A stretch of 63,460 nucleotides of DNA, filler included, from Octopus bimaculoides (taxonomy: Eukaryota): the NCBI RefSeq assembly GCF_001194135.2. It is 7 parts of 7 records of this genome, joined end to end, with 100 filler letters (N's around TTAATTAATTAA, not from the genome) between each part and the next. Parts side by side here need not be neighbours in the genome. Positions count along the whole stretch, not along the records: positions 26,052 to 54,641 come from NC_068991.1; 6 more parts are not named here. One strand, written 5' to 3'. Each line of letters begins with the position of its first letter. Within the stretch, counting starts at the first letter, position 1. Positions 39,901-52,092 of the stretch are shown here, in pieces. The notes under the pieces were generated by a model. The model was not told the DNA's origin. It ran no database searches and saw nothing but the letters and a program-made list of their open reading frames with translations. The position numbers were made by a program, and so were the translations under genes.

Positions 39901-40567
39901 TGTAATATTCTTTAGTGACAGGTGTTTTGTTACAGGTGTCATTGTAAGATATGTTTTCATTCACGCCTAGAAACCTATAACATTATTCGTCAGATATATA
40001 GGAAACAGTCAATCATTGATGGAGTAGTTGCTAGTGTGGTTTATAATTTTCCCTCTTTTCCCAACAACCATATAACAACATAATTTATGTAAACTGAAAA
40101 GAAGAGTAGCAATATATCAGACGAGCTGGTGATAAAAAGAAAAACATAATGCCGAAAATTGGTAAAATGAAATCCAAGAACAAAGTGAATTAAAGTAAAA
40201 AAGAAAAAAAGAAGAAACAAAGAATTACTAAAAAGAGACAGAAATGTTATTTTGACATAAGATAATAGATGTTGAAAATTGTATGTATGTATGTATGTAT
40301 GTATGTATGTGTGTGTATGTATGTATGTATGTATGTTTGTATGAATGCATATGTAGGCATATATATACACATATATAGACACACACACACACGCACACAC
40401 ACACGCACACACACACACAAACACACACGCACACACACGCACACAGACGTATACACACATATACATATGTATATATGTAATATATATATACAGCCAATAT
40501 TATGTCCTTTCGGCTGGAAATATTTCTTTCTCAATGAATAACCTTAACATGATTTATGTACGTGTGA

Positions 40568-40598
<31 letters not shown>

Positions 40599-40754
40599 TG
40601 TATGTATGTATGTATGTATGTACATTCATACAAACATACACCCCCCAACACATATATGTATATAATTACATATGGATTTATACTAACGTATATATTTGTG
40701 TGTATGTATGTATGTATGTATATATGTATGTATGTTTGTATGTATGTATGTATG

Positions 40755-41090
40755 TGAAGGCGCGTGCCTCAGTGGTGAGAGCGTCGAGCATACGATCGTG
40801 AGGTTGTGAGTGCGAATCCCGGACCGGGTTGCGTGTTGTGTTCTTGAGCAAGACACTTTATTTCACGTTGCTCCATTTCACTCAACTGTATAAATGAGTC
40901 GCGACGTCACAGGTACCAAGCTGTATCAGCATTTGCCTTTCCCTTGGATAACACTGGTGGCTTGGATAGGGGAGACCGGTATGTATGGGTGACTGCTAGT
41001 CTTCCATAAACACCCTTGCCTGGACCTGTGCCCGGGTGGGTAACTTTCTAGGTGCAATTCCATGGTCAGTCATGACCGAAGGGAATCTCA
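40755..41090 (+). mobile_element. tRNA-derived SINE
   Basis: A/B-box-like head (gcctcagtggtgagagc...gagtgcgaatcccgg), then tgtgttcttgagcaagacact, ending before (TATG)n. Confidence 0.65.
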
Positions 41091-41161
41091 GCATGTATGT
41101 ATGTATGTATGTATGTATGTATGTATGTATGTATGTATGTATGTATGTATATATGTATGTG

Positions 41162-41213
<52 letters not shown>

Positions 41214-41448
41214 ATGTACACAATTACGTATATGAATGTATATATGCACAAACATGCATCTTAATATGAGGTTTGTATATGTTTATGCTTCTGATACAAA
41301 AGCATTATGTGATATGTATATTTCTGTATTNNNNNNNNNNGCAATTCCATGGTCAGTCATGACCGAAGGGAATCTCAGCATGTATGTATGTATGTATGTA
41401 TGTATGTATGTATGTATGTATGTATGTATGTATGTATATATGTATGTG

Positions 41449-41500
<52 letters not shown>

Positions 41501-41885
41501 ATGTACACAATTACGTATATGAATGTATATATGCACAAACATGCATCTTAATATGAGGTTTGTATATGTTTATGCTTCTGATACAAAAGCATTATGTGAT
41601 ATGTATATTTCTGTATTTGTACAGAAATATGGTTCTATTAATTCTATGGTCATATTAATTAGTACTAAGGTAGTTATGTGCTTTGTTGCTGTTTAAAAAT
41701 ATATGCATGAACCATTTCTAATAAAGCTCTAAATAAATTGGTTAGTGTGTCGAAGTTACTATACAGATTTGCTACCATATTTTTGGTATTGTGGTGACTG
41801 GTGAGGTCAGACAGTCATAAGACACAAGTTGCTTTCCTTTCATCGCAAATATCGTTCGAATATATAATCACAAATTTATTTATAT

Positions 41886-41911
41886 GTCTTTCTAAATCTT
41901 TTCTTTTTTAG
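41886..41911 (+). promoter_or_regulatory. Splice acceptor of a 5'-UTR intron of UGT copy 2
   Basis: gtctttctaaatcttttcttttttAG|gtc, ending 19 nt upstream of the ATG at 41930, at the same relative position as in copy 1. Confidence 0.65.
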
Positions 41912-41929
41912 GTCAAAACCTCTTGAAAA

Positions 41930-43447
41930 ATGATAGAGAAGAATCTGTTTTTCAGTTTAATGGTGCTATGCATGATTGCATGTTTAGAGAGAGTCAACAG
42001 TAAAAATATTTTATACATGGCATGGCCTAGTTACAGTCATGTAAATCCAATGATTTCTATAGCAAATGAATTATCAAAGTATGGCCATAATAACTATTTT
42101 ATACTAAATAAAAAACTCACGAAAACTTTCCAAAAGGAAAAGAACATAAATATGCTTCCAATGGATGAGATCCCAGAAATTGAAGAAATTCGAAGTGGTG
42201 TAAAAAAACAAGAAAAAAAAAAAGTATTCATGATGAAAACGGCCCTAACTTTATTCCCTATTGTGTGCGAGAGATTTTTAACGAATGAAAAATGGATTGA
42301 AATGTTGAGAGCAGTGAATGCTAGTTTAGCTGTTATTAATGGAGTATTTATGACAAATTGTCTTACAATAATTGCTTATGAATTGTCAATTCCGTTTGTT
42401 CTGACAGGATCTGAGATACTTCCTAGTCTTCATCGTATTCCATGGAATCCCAGTGTTTTTCCAAGCAGCTTCCTCTCATTCCCCGATAAAATGACATATT
42501 CAGAAAAGTTAATAAGTACTTTGGTTGCTATTGTAGACTACACTATTCCTCCTATTGCAGCACCTACACACAGCGTCAAAACATATGCGAAAGACAAACC
42601 TGATATTTCATTCTTAGATTTGCTACATCAGGCACAATTTTATCTTATTGAAAAAGATGTACTTCTAGATTATCCGCTGCCCCAACTTCCAAATGTAAGA
42701 TATGTTGGTGGCCTGGCAGCAAAACAATCATTGCTTTTGAAGGGAGAGTTAGTGAAATTCGTAAATGCTTCCACGAATGGAATAGTTGTGGTGTCATTTG
42801 GCAGTAATGTCAATGATTTCCCTGCTGTTCAATTAGAGAAACTACAAAGTGCATTGAAACAAATAAAATATGATGTTGTGTGGAGACAGAAGAAAACATC
42901 ATTTTCCCATAAGAATATTTATATTAGTGATTGGGTACCACAAAATGATTTGCTTGGCCATCCTAAAACTAAATTATTTGTTACTCATTGTGGAAATAGC
43001 GGTCAGTTTGAAGCTTTGTTCCATGGTGTACCAATGCTAGGAATACCTTTATTTGCAGACCAATTTTATAACTCTCGCAGAATGACCGAGAAAGGTTATG
43101 GTTTGTCTCTAGATATAGAGAACTTTACTCCGGAGGAATTAATAAAGAAAATAGATGAACTGATTGACAATAAAACATATTCTGAAAAAATTAAAAGAGC
43201 TAGTGAAATATTCCACTCCCGACCCGAATATCCGGCAAAGAAATCAGCCCGCCATATTGATCACATCTTGAAATACGGTGGAGAATATCTAAAATCTCCA
43301 TGTCAAGAGAGTCGATTGTATGAATTTTTAATGATCGATGTATTAGTTCCTATATTTGCTGCAATATTATTTTTGATATATTTAATATATCTAAGTGTGA
43401 AAAAATGTTTATCGTTTTGTTGCAAGAAAAAAACGAAGACTGACTAA
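41930..43447 (+). CDS. UGT: UDP-glycosyltransferase (GT1/UGT family), subtype B, complete intronless CDS, 505 aa
   Basis: Signal peptide, catalytic His37 (YSHV), UGT signature WVPQNDLLGHPKTKLFVTHCGNSGQFEALFHGVPMLGIPLFADQ, C-terminal TM helix (VLVPIFAAILFLIYLIYLSV) and di-lysine tail KKKTKTD. The symbol is family-level only. Confidence 0.97.
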   Translation: MIEKNLFFSLMVLCMIACLERVNSKNILYMAWPSYSHVNPMISIANELSKYGHNNYFILNKKLTKTFQKEKNINMLPMDEIPEIEEIRSGVKKQEKKKVFMMKTALTLFPIVCERFLTNEKWIEMLRAVNASLAVINGVFMTNCLTIIAYELSIPFVLTGSEILPSLHRIPWNPSVFPSSFLSFPDKMTYSEKLISTLVAIVDYTIPPIAAPTHSVKTYAKDKPDISFLDLLHQAQFYLIEKDVLLDYPLPQLPNVRYVGGLAAKQSLLLKGELVKFVNASTNGIVVVSFGSNVNDFPAVQLEKLQSALKQIKYDVVWRQKKTSFSHKNIYISDWVPQNDLLGHPKTKLFVTHCGNSGQFEALFHGVPMLGIPLFADQFYNSRRMTEKGYGLSLDIENFTPEELIKKIDELIDNKTYSEKIKRASEIFHSRPEYPAKKSARHIDHILKYGGEYLKSPCQESRLYEFLMIDVLVPIFAAILFLIYLIYLSVKKCLSFCCKKKTKTD

Positions 43448-44076
43448 AATAATTTCTTTGATAATTTCAAACAATGTAAATAAATCATGGCAGCTTTTTG
43501 GTCTATGTAAATGAAGGTTAAACACATTTAATTTTAAAAATCAATTGAAGTTTGGAAATTTTCTGTAGATATATTTATGTGGTGTAGATTTTAAAGATTT
43601 ACGTCATATAGTTTATTGTATTTTCTTTTAGCTTGAAACATTTTATAGAATATCCGTATTAAACATAAACATCTTCACTGAAAACAACACGTGTTAAATT
43701 ACAGGGCCATTATTTTTCTTATAATCAAAAGATGTTTAATCTGTTCTGTTTATCATAATTTCTAATAAATTGCTTATTCATTTTGTAATAAATATATTCA
43801 TTTTAAGCATTTGCTAGCTGTTATATTTCATTGTACACTATTTCCGTCTCCTTCCACTCTGTTTTCCTCGATGAAATTGTCAAGATTTCCTTCGACTTGT
43901 TATGTCATTTTCGTATAGAGAAGAATCCGCTTATATCAATTACTAAGTAAATGTTTAAATGCTTTGTCGCAGTTTAAATTTTGATCGGCTTGACTCTTTT
44001 TGAACAGAACTCTTTGTAGTTTTCGTTGGTGTGTTAAAGTTAATCCACAGACATAGTGTGTCATAGNNNNNNNNNN

Positions 44077-45118
44077 AAACCCAATGATTTCTATAGCAAA
44101 CGAATTATCAAAGTATGGACACAATAACTATTTTATACTAAATAATAAAAACTCACTAAAACTTTCCAAAATGAACAAAACATAAATATCCTTCCAATGG
44201 ACGAGGTCACACAATTTAGTAAAACCTTTTCTGACGCACAGCACAAAATAACATCAAAACGAATATATGTGATAAGAAGGATTTTGACTTTGATTCCTCT
44301 GATATGTGATAGAATTCTGAAGAATGAGAAATGGATCGAATAACTGCAAGAGGTTAATGCTAGTTTAGCTGTTATTAATGGACTATTTCCGACCAATTTT
44401 CTTACAATAATTGCCCGTCAATTGTCAATTCCATTTGTTCTCACAGGATCTGAGATATTTCCTAGTCTTCATCGCATTCCATGGCTCCCCAGTGTTTTTC
44501 CAAATAGTTTCATCGGATCCTCGAGCAAGATGACATATTCGGAAAAGATAGTCAGTGCTTTGGCTGCTATCATAGACTACACTATTCCACCTATTGGAGC
44601 ACCTGCATACAACGTTGGTGGCCTGGCTACAAAACATTCATTGCCTTTGAAGGGAGGGTTATTGAATTTCGTAAATGCTTCTACGAATGGAATAATTGTG
44701 GTGTCATTTGGCAGATATATGAATGATTTCGCTTCTGTTCAGCTAGAAAAGCTACAGAGCGCATTGAAACAAATAAAATATGATGTTGTGTGGAGACAGA
44801 AGAAAACATCATTTTCTCATAAGAATATTTATATAAGTGATTGGGTACCACAAAATGATCTGCTTGGCCATCCTAAAACTAAATTATTTGTTACTCATTG
44901 TGGAAATAGCGGTCAGTTTGAAGCTTTGTTCCATGGTGTACCAATGCTGGGAATACCTTTATTTGCAGACCAACATTATAACTCACGCAGAATGACCGAA
45001 AAAGGGTACGGATTGTCTTTAGATATAGAGAACTTTACCACGGAGGAATTAATATAGAACATAAAAAGAAAACTAATTGAAAATATACCATATTCTGACA
45101 AAATTAAAAGAGCTAGTG
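44077..45118 (+). pseudogene. UGT subtype A pseudogene
   Basis: +2 frameshift near 44141-44151, premature TAA at 44341-44343, internal deletion of roughly 45 codons (PPIGAPAY joined to NVGGLA), and TAG at 45055-45057. The UGT signature is still readable. Confidence 0.88.
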
Positions 45119-45380
45119 NNNNNNNNNNTTTGCTTTATGTAAATCAAGATCTAACTGCAATAACCCAGAAAGCATAATTTTGTTTTTGTATAGAAATTTT
45201 AATTTGCATCGTAATTTATCTTCAGCTTTTGTAAACCAAAACCCGCTGATTGTTTTTATATGTAATTTTCCCAGATAAAGTGACATTGTATATCCTGTGT
45301 CCAACGGACTCCCATCCTGATGATATGGAGAAAAATATTGCAGCCTAATGCAGCCATTTGTCTTATGTAATGAACATACA

Positions 45381-45594
45381 TAAGAGTGACAGAGAGGTAG
45401 CTGTGCAAATATTGAGAATAAATTTATATCATCAGTGAATTGTAAAAGCTGTGATAAAATTAGTAAATTAATTAAACAGTTACGTACCTATATAACTGTT
45501 TAATTAATTTACTAATTTTTTCACAGCCTTTACAATTCATTGATAAAATAAGTTTACTCTAAATATTTGCACAGCCACCTCTCTGTCACTCTTA
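45381..45594. mobile_element. Paralogous palindromic MITE-like element
   Basis: TAAGAGTGACAGAGAGG...CCTCTCTGTCACTCTTA, at the same position relative to the subtype A copy. Confidence 0.85.
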
Positions 45595-47019
45595 TAATTA
45601 AAAATCAGAAATATCAGTCTCATTTGTCCAATAATCAAATCAGAATTATTGTCCTTTCCCCCTTTATCTAACGTCTAATTTCATTTCACATCGTTGAAAT
45701 TTGAATTCTGTTTGCATTGCCATATCAAAGAACGGAACCGAAATCGTTGCTGTTTAAACACTTCTTACCTATACATATTAATACATGGGTTTATATATTT
45801 TTTCTTTATAGCATTATCATGATCACATGATCATTATCATNNNNNNNNNNNNNNNNNNNNNNNNNNNNNNNNNNNNNNNNNNNNNNNNNNNNNNNNNNNN
45901 NNNNNNNNNNNNNNNNNNNNNNNNNNNNNNNNNNNNNNNNNNNNNNNNNNNNNNNNNNNNNNNNNNNNNNNNNNNNNNNNNNNNNNNNNNNNNNNNNNNN
46001 NNNNNNNNNNNNNNNNNNNNNNNNNNNNNNNNNNNNNNNNNNNNNNNNNNNNNNNNNNNNNNNNNNNNNNNNNNNNNNNNNNNNNNNNNNNNNNNNNNNN
46101 NNNNNNNNNNNNNNNNNNNNNNNNNNNNNNNNNNNNNNNNNNNNNNNNNNNNNNNNNNNNNNNNNNNNNNNNNNNNNNNNNNNNNNNNNNNNNNNNNNNN
46201 NNNNNNNNNNNNNNNNNNNNNNNNNNNNNNNNNNNNNNNNNNNNNNNNNNNNNNNNNNNNNNNNNNNNNNNNNNNNNNNNNNNNNNNNNNNNNNNNNNNN
46301 NNNNNNNNNNNNNNNNNNNNNNNNNNNNNNNNNNNNNNNNNNNNNNNNNNNNNNNNNNNNNNNNNNNNNNNNNNNNNNNNNNNNNNNNNNNNNNNNNNNN
46401 NNNNNNNNNNNNNNNNNNNNNNNNNNNNNNNNNNNNNNNNNNNNNNNNNNNNNNNNNNNNNNNACAGAACAGGTCTCTTGATGTAGTATGAGCACATGAC
46501 AACTCATATTTTACTAACTAGACACGTGAAAAATTCCCAGAAAACATGAAAAATATAAGCATCTGTAAATTGATTTCTGGTGCCGTGAGAAATGTTTGTG
46601 TATTGTGACAGTTACAGAATATAGAAAGAAGTGTTGGAAGTTAGCTCATTGAGCAACGCTCTGTCATAACCTAGAATACATGACCAAAGAAGCCGCACGA
46701 CTCAAGCGCAACGTATCATCAGATGAAACGATGAGCCTGTATGAGCAGAAGACCATGCATATATATGTTAGTAGAAAGCTCCAAGATGACAGTAACATTA
46801 ATCATCAGAACAGTCTATCATGGATCAATAGCAGGATTACTACTTTCCCACTTTGAAGGTTAAGCGAGCACCGCCCTTTAGTCGGAGAAATCGATTCTTG
46901 GACTTATTCCCTGTAAGCCTGGTTCTTGACCTATTAATCTCTTTTGCCTAGCAGTTAAGTTCCGAGGACGCAAACACGAACATAGGTTGTCAAGCAATGG
47001 TGGGGAAGGGACAAACATA

Positions 47020-47100
<81 letters not shown>

Positions 47101-48619
47101 GCACACACACACGCACACACACATATATCAGTTTTCGTTTACCAAATTCACTCACGAGGCTATAGTAGAACACACTCTATAATGTAAAAAGTCGGATTTC
47201 CTGTAGCAACTTGGTCTTTTCCCCGCTACTAAAAGACATGAAGAACTATGAAAGAATGCGAATAAGTACCGGAGGTGGAGGAAAGAAGGGAGAACTAACA
47301 CTTGATCGTTCTAGAACTCCCAGAAAAAAACACCTAAATACCTGAAATATTTTCCCTCTATTCANNNNNNNNNNNNNNNNNNNNNNNNNNNNNNNNNNNN
47401 NNNNNNNNNNNNNNNNNNNNNNNNNNNNNNNNNNNNNNNNNNNNNNNNNNNNNNNNNNNNNNNNNNNNNNNNNNNNNNNNNNNNNNNNNNNNNNNNNNNN
47501 NNNNNNNNNNNNNNNNNNNNNNNNNNNNNNNNNNNNNNNNNNNNNNNNNNNNNNNNNNNNNNNNNNNNNNNNNNNNNNNNNNNNNNNNNNNNNNNNNNNN
47601 NNNNNNNNNNNNNNNNNNNNNNNNNNNNNNNNNNNNNNNNNNNNNNNNNNNNNNNNNNNNNNNNNNNNNNNNNNNNNNNNNNNNNNNNNNNNNNNNNNNN
47701 NNNNNNNNNNNNNNNNNNNNNNNNNNNNNNNNNNNNNNNNNNNNNNNNNNNNNNNNNNNNNNNNNNNNNNNNNNNNNNNNNNNNNNNNNNNNNNNNNNNN
47801 NNNNNNNNNNNNNNNNNNNNNNNNNNNNNNNNNNNNNNNNNNNNNNNNNNNNNNNNNNNNNNNNNNNNNNNNNNNNNNNNNNNNNNNNNNNNNNNNNNNN
47901 NNNNNNNNNNNNNNNNNNNNNNNNNNNNNNNNNNNNNNNNNNNNNNNNNNNNNNNNNNNNNNNNNNNNNNNNNNNNNNNNNNNNNNNNNNNNNNNNNNNN
48001 NNNNNNNNNNNNNNNNNNNNNNNNNNNNNNNNNNNNNNNNNNNNNNNNNNNNNNNNNNNNNNNNNNNNNNNNNNNNNNNNNNNNNNNNNNNNNNNNNNNN
48101 NNNNNNNNNNNNNNNNNNNNNNNNNNNNNNNNNNNNNNNNNNNNNNNNNNNNNNNNNNNNNNNNNNNNNNNNNNNNNNNNNNNNNNNNNNNNNNNNNNNN
48201 NNNNNNNNNNNNNNNNNNNNNNNNNNNNNNNNNNNNNNNNNNNNNNNNNNNNNNNNNNNNNNNNNNNNNNNNNNNNNNNNNNNNNNNNNNNNNNNNNNNN
48301 NNNNNNNNNNNNNNNNNNCCCCGCTACTAAAAGACATGAAGAACTATGAAAGAATGCGAATAAGTACCGGGGGTGGAGGAAAGAAGGGAGAACTAACACT
48401 TGATCGTTCTAGAACTCTCAGAATAAAAACCTAAATACCTGAAATATTTTCTCCTCTATTCGTTACTAAATGTCTTTCACTTTTTCTTCGTTGTTAAAAG
48501 TAAAATTGCTAGAAAAGATCGTCTGAATTTCAGTCTAATTGTCATTTTAAATGACTGAGGCTTTCCATTCCCTGACTCTATCCCTTCAATGCTTTCTTCT
48601 ACGGTTAAGAGAGTGAAAG

Positions 48620-48920
48620 CTAGTGGTTCAGTGGTAAGGGGTATTCGGCCCGCGATCGTACGGTCATGAGTACGATCCTCGGCGGCGTGCTTTATTTTTT
48701 GAGCAAAGCACCCCACTTCACATTGCTGCCGTCCACTCAACTGGCAAGAATGAGTTGTTACTGTAATTCAAAGGGGTCAGCCATGGCACATTCTGTGTGA
48801 AGCTGAATCTCCCTGGGAACTATGTAAATGGTATGTAGTCACTTGTGCGTTAATTTTACGAGCAGACTGTTCTGCTGATCAGATAAACAGGAACCTCGTC
48901 GTCGTAACCGACGGAGTGCA
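48620..48920 (+). mobile_element. tRNA-derived SINE, Deu/Nin-domain-like (partial copies ~33100-33210, 49266-49390)
   Basis: tRNA-like head, body cacattctgtgtgaagctgaatctccctg..., tail gaacctcgtcgtcgtaaccgacggagtgc. The superfamily assignment is from recall. Confidence 0.55.
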
Positions 48921-49405
48921 AGTTTTGAAAAAGAGTGAGAAAGGAAATGTTTCATATCGTATGGCATAAACGTCATGTGTTTAGTATAAACAGTGAAAGC
49001 TAAGACGAAATAATTGCTATTCCGTCGTGTATTCGCCCTCGGCTCACGCTCAGTTTGATACCAATAGCCAGCGCATCGGTGTTTAACTGGGGGCTTGGCC
49101 TCCAGATCAGTGAGACCTACAAATATCGCTGTAAGGACCGGATTAACACCCATAGTGACCCTAACGACTAAAAAGATTTTCCTACCTCTATATAGGATCT
49201 TATTTAATTTTCTTTCAACCGCTTGTAAGTTTATCTTACTAGATAACCACATAGCTAGCCAAAAATGAGTTGTAGCTGTAATTGAATGGGGTCAGCATTG
49301 TCACATTCTGTGTGAGGCTGATTCTCCTTGACAACTACGTTAATGATATGCAAGTCTGTGGAGTACACAGTCACCTGCGAATTAAACTTATCCTCGTGTG
49401 GTAAC

Positions 49406-49428
49406 GAAAAGTGAAAGTGACGTCCAAT
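49406..49428 (+). promoter_or_regulatory. IRF-element-like motif plus CRE half-site and CCAAT
   Basis: GAAAAGTGAAAGTGACGTCCAAT, paralogous to 33222-33244. Confidence 0.4.
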
Positions 49429-50230
49429 ATTTGCAGTGTCTACGCATCTATGTATCAACTTTCTTTTCCATCTATGTATCAACTTTCTTTTCCATCTATG
49501 TATCTACTGTCTCTCTCAGTTTCTCTTTTTTTTTTCATTTCATCTTTGTCCCTCCTCTCACCCGCTTTTAGTTTAACAATGTGTTTATGTATCTATGTAT
49601 CAACTTTTGTTTCGATCTATGTATGTACTTTTCTTGCGATGTGATAAACATTTAAAAATACAAAACAAAAGCCGTCACTCTCTCACTTCCTCTCTTTCTC
49701 TCTTACTCTCTTACTCTCTTTTTCTCTCTCACTCTCTCTTTCTCTCTCACTCTCTGTCTCTCACTCCCCTTTTTCACTCTTTCTTTCTTACTTCCTCTGT
49801 CCTCCTCTTTTTTGCTTTGCCACTGATTTATTCCTTTGAAGTAAGTGTGACACACACCGCAGGTAAGGAAAGAAACAACCACAACTAAGCGCATTATTAT
49901 TATTGATAAGATTGGGTGGAGGTGATCGGGTGGAGCGGAGAAGAGATAAAATAGTGGTGATGGGTTGCCCGTGTCTACTCTCAAAGTAAAAGGTGAGTAG
50001 AAGTGAATGGAAACAGCAGAACGGTAGAGTTTGCAAAAGGAAGGGAGTGAATATAATGAAAGAAGAAATGATGAGTGTTTATATAGGGGTGGAAAGAATT
50101 GGGTAGGGTGGTGAATAACGTAGTAAATGGTGGAAAAAGGGTGAGGGTAACCAATTATGCATGGCGGTGGGGAGGGGAAAAGCAGCAGGACAGTAATGTT
50201 GGTTCAGTATACAAGGTAAGGAAGAGAGAG

Positions 50231-50326
<96 letters not shown>

Positions 50327-50739
50327 CGAGAGAGAGTGAGAGAGGGAGACGGTGAGAGAAAGTGATGATTTGACAGGTTGTAAGAGTGTACGGAAAGGGG
50401 AAGTGAGGCAGCTGGAGGGCATAGGGTGGGTAAGAAGGAGAAATTAAAAATTGCTTTGCTATTCATTACTGAGTTGGATAGTCACGTATGGGGTTTGATA
50501 TCTAATGCAACACCACATGTGATTAAGTGAAAGGTAATTGAAAAATTCATACTTATTTTAATGGATCAAATAAATGTAATCTATGTTTAGCTGAAAGAAC
50601 TCAGCTCCTTTTCAGATCCAAGATCCCTAACTCATTACTGGACTCTAGGTCTGAAATTTTCAGGGGTTGTAAACATATGTCTAAGTACATTTTGAAGAAT
50701 TGGAAAATTACACCTACATCTGATCAACTTGTTGTTATC

Positions 50740-51297
50740 TTTCCAGTCTTATAAAACATTTCATTATAGTGCCCCAGCTGCAGCATCATGTCTCATCGGT
50801 AGATGATACCGTGATGACCTTTTCAGACAACTGCTTATGATGTCGGTGATATCTTAGGTGTCGACTCCACAAAGCCTGCATCGGTTGTCACATTTTACTG
50901 CTTTTCTTGCACCTCTATCCCTTTTGTGCATTGGGAACTTGGTTGATGTTCCTTTTCCTGGATTGCAAACGTATACCCTTCAAAGTGGGAAAGTAGTAAT
51001 CCTGCTATTGGTCCATGATAGACTGCTTTGATGATTAGTGTTAGTATCATCTTGGAGCTTTCTACTAACATATATATGCATGGTCTTCTGCTCATACAGG
51101 CTCATCGTTTCATCTGATGATGCGTTGTGGTAGAGTCGTGCGACATCTTTGGTCATGTATTCTAGGTTATGACAGAGCGTTGCTCAATCAACTACCTTCC
51201 AACTCTTATGAGGTTATCAACCTCATGTATGCAAACTTGATCAAGGAATGCAGTTCGACACTTGATGGTTAAAGGATGTTGCCGAAGGGATATGATA
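50740..51297 (-). mobile_element. R4-clade LINE fragment, cassette paralog of 39075-39660
   Basis: High nucleotide identity to 39075-39660; ends at a gap. Confidence 0.8.
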
Positions 51298-52092
51298 NNN
51301 NNNNNNNNNNNNNNNNNNNNNNNNNNNNNNNNNNNNNNNNNNNNNNNNNNNNNNNNNNNNNNNNNNNNNNNNNNNNNNNNNNNNNNNNNNNNNNNNNNNN
51401 NNNNNNNNNNNNNNNNNNNNNNNNNNNNNNNNNNNNNNNNNNNNNNNNNNNNNNNNNNNNNNNNNNNNNNNNNNNNNNNNNNNNNNNNNNNNNNNNNNNN
51501 NNNNNNNNNNNNNNNNNNNNNNNNNNNNNNNNNNNNNNNNNNNNNNNNNNNNNNNNNNNNNNNNNNNNNNNNNNNNNNNNNNNNNNNNNNNNNNNNNNNN
51601 NNNNNNNNNNNNNNNNNNNNNNNNNNNNNNNNNNNNNNNNNNNNNNNNNNNNNNNNNNNNNNNNNNNNNNNNNNNNNNNNNNNNNNNNNNNNNNNNNNNN
51701 NNNNNNNNNNNNNNNNNNNNNNNNNNNNNNNNNNNNNNNNNNNNNNNNNNNNNNNNNNNNNNNNNNNNNNNNNNNNNNNNNNNNNNNNNNNNNNNNNNNN
51801 NNNNNNNNNNNNNNNNNNNNNNNNNNNNNNNNNNNNNNNNNNNNNNNNNNNNNNNNNNNNNNNNNNNNNNNNNNNNNNNNNNNNNNNNNNNNNNNNNNNN
51901 NNNNNNNNNNNNNNNNNNNNNNNNNNNNNNNNNNNNNNNNNNNNNNNNNNNNNNNNNNNNNNNNNNNNNNNNNNNNNNNNNNNNNNNNNNNNNNNNNNNN
52001 NNNNNNNNNNNNNNNNNNNNNNNNNNNNNNNNNNNNNNNNNNNNNNNNNNNNNNNNNNNNNNNNNNNNNNNNNNNNNNNNNNNNNNNNNNNN

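Noticed and set aside
41050-41620. ~280-bp direct duplication either side of a 10-N gap (also ~50 bp at 36745-36854 in UGT copy 1)
   Set aside because: Identical overlapping contig ends joined by a token gap: an assembly artefact, not a real duplication or protein insertion.
47220-48460. ~140-bp near-duplicate flanking the 955-N gap
   Set aside because: It could be a hidden tandem array or a haplotype overlap and cannot be resolved without reads.
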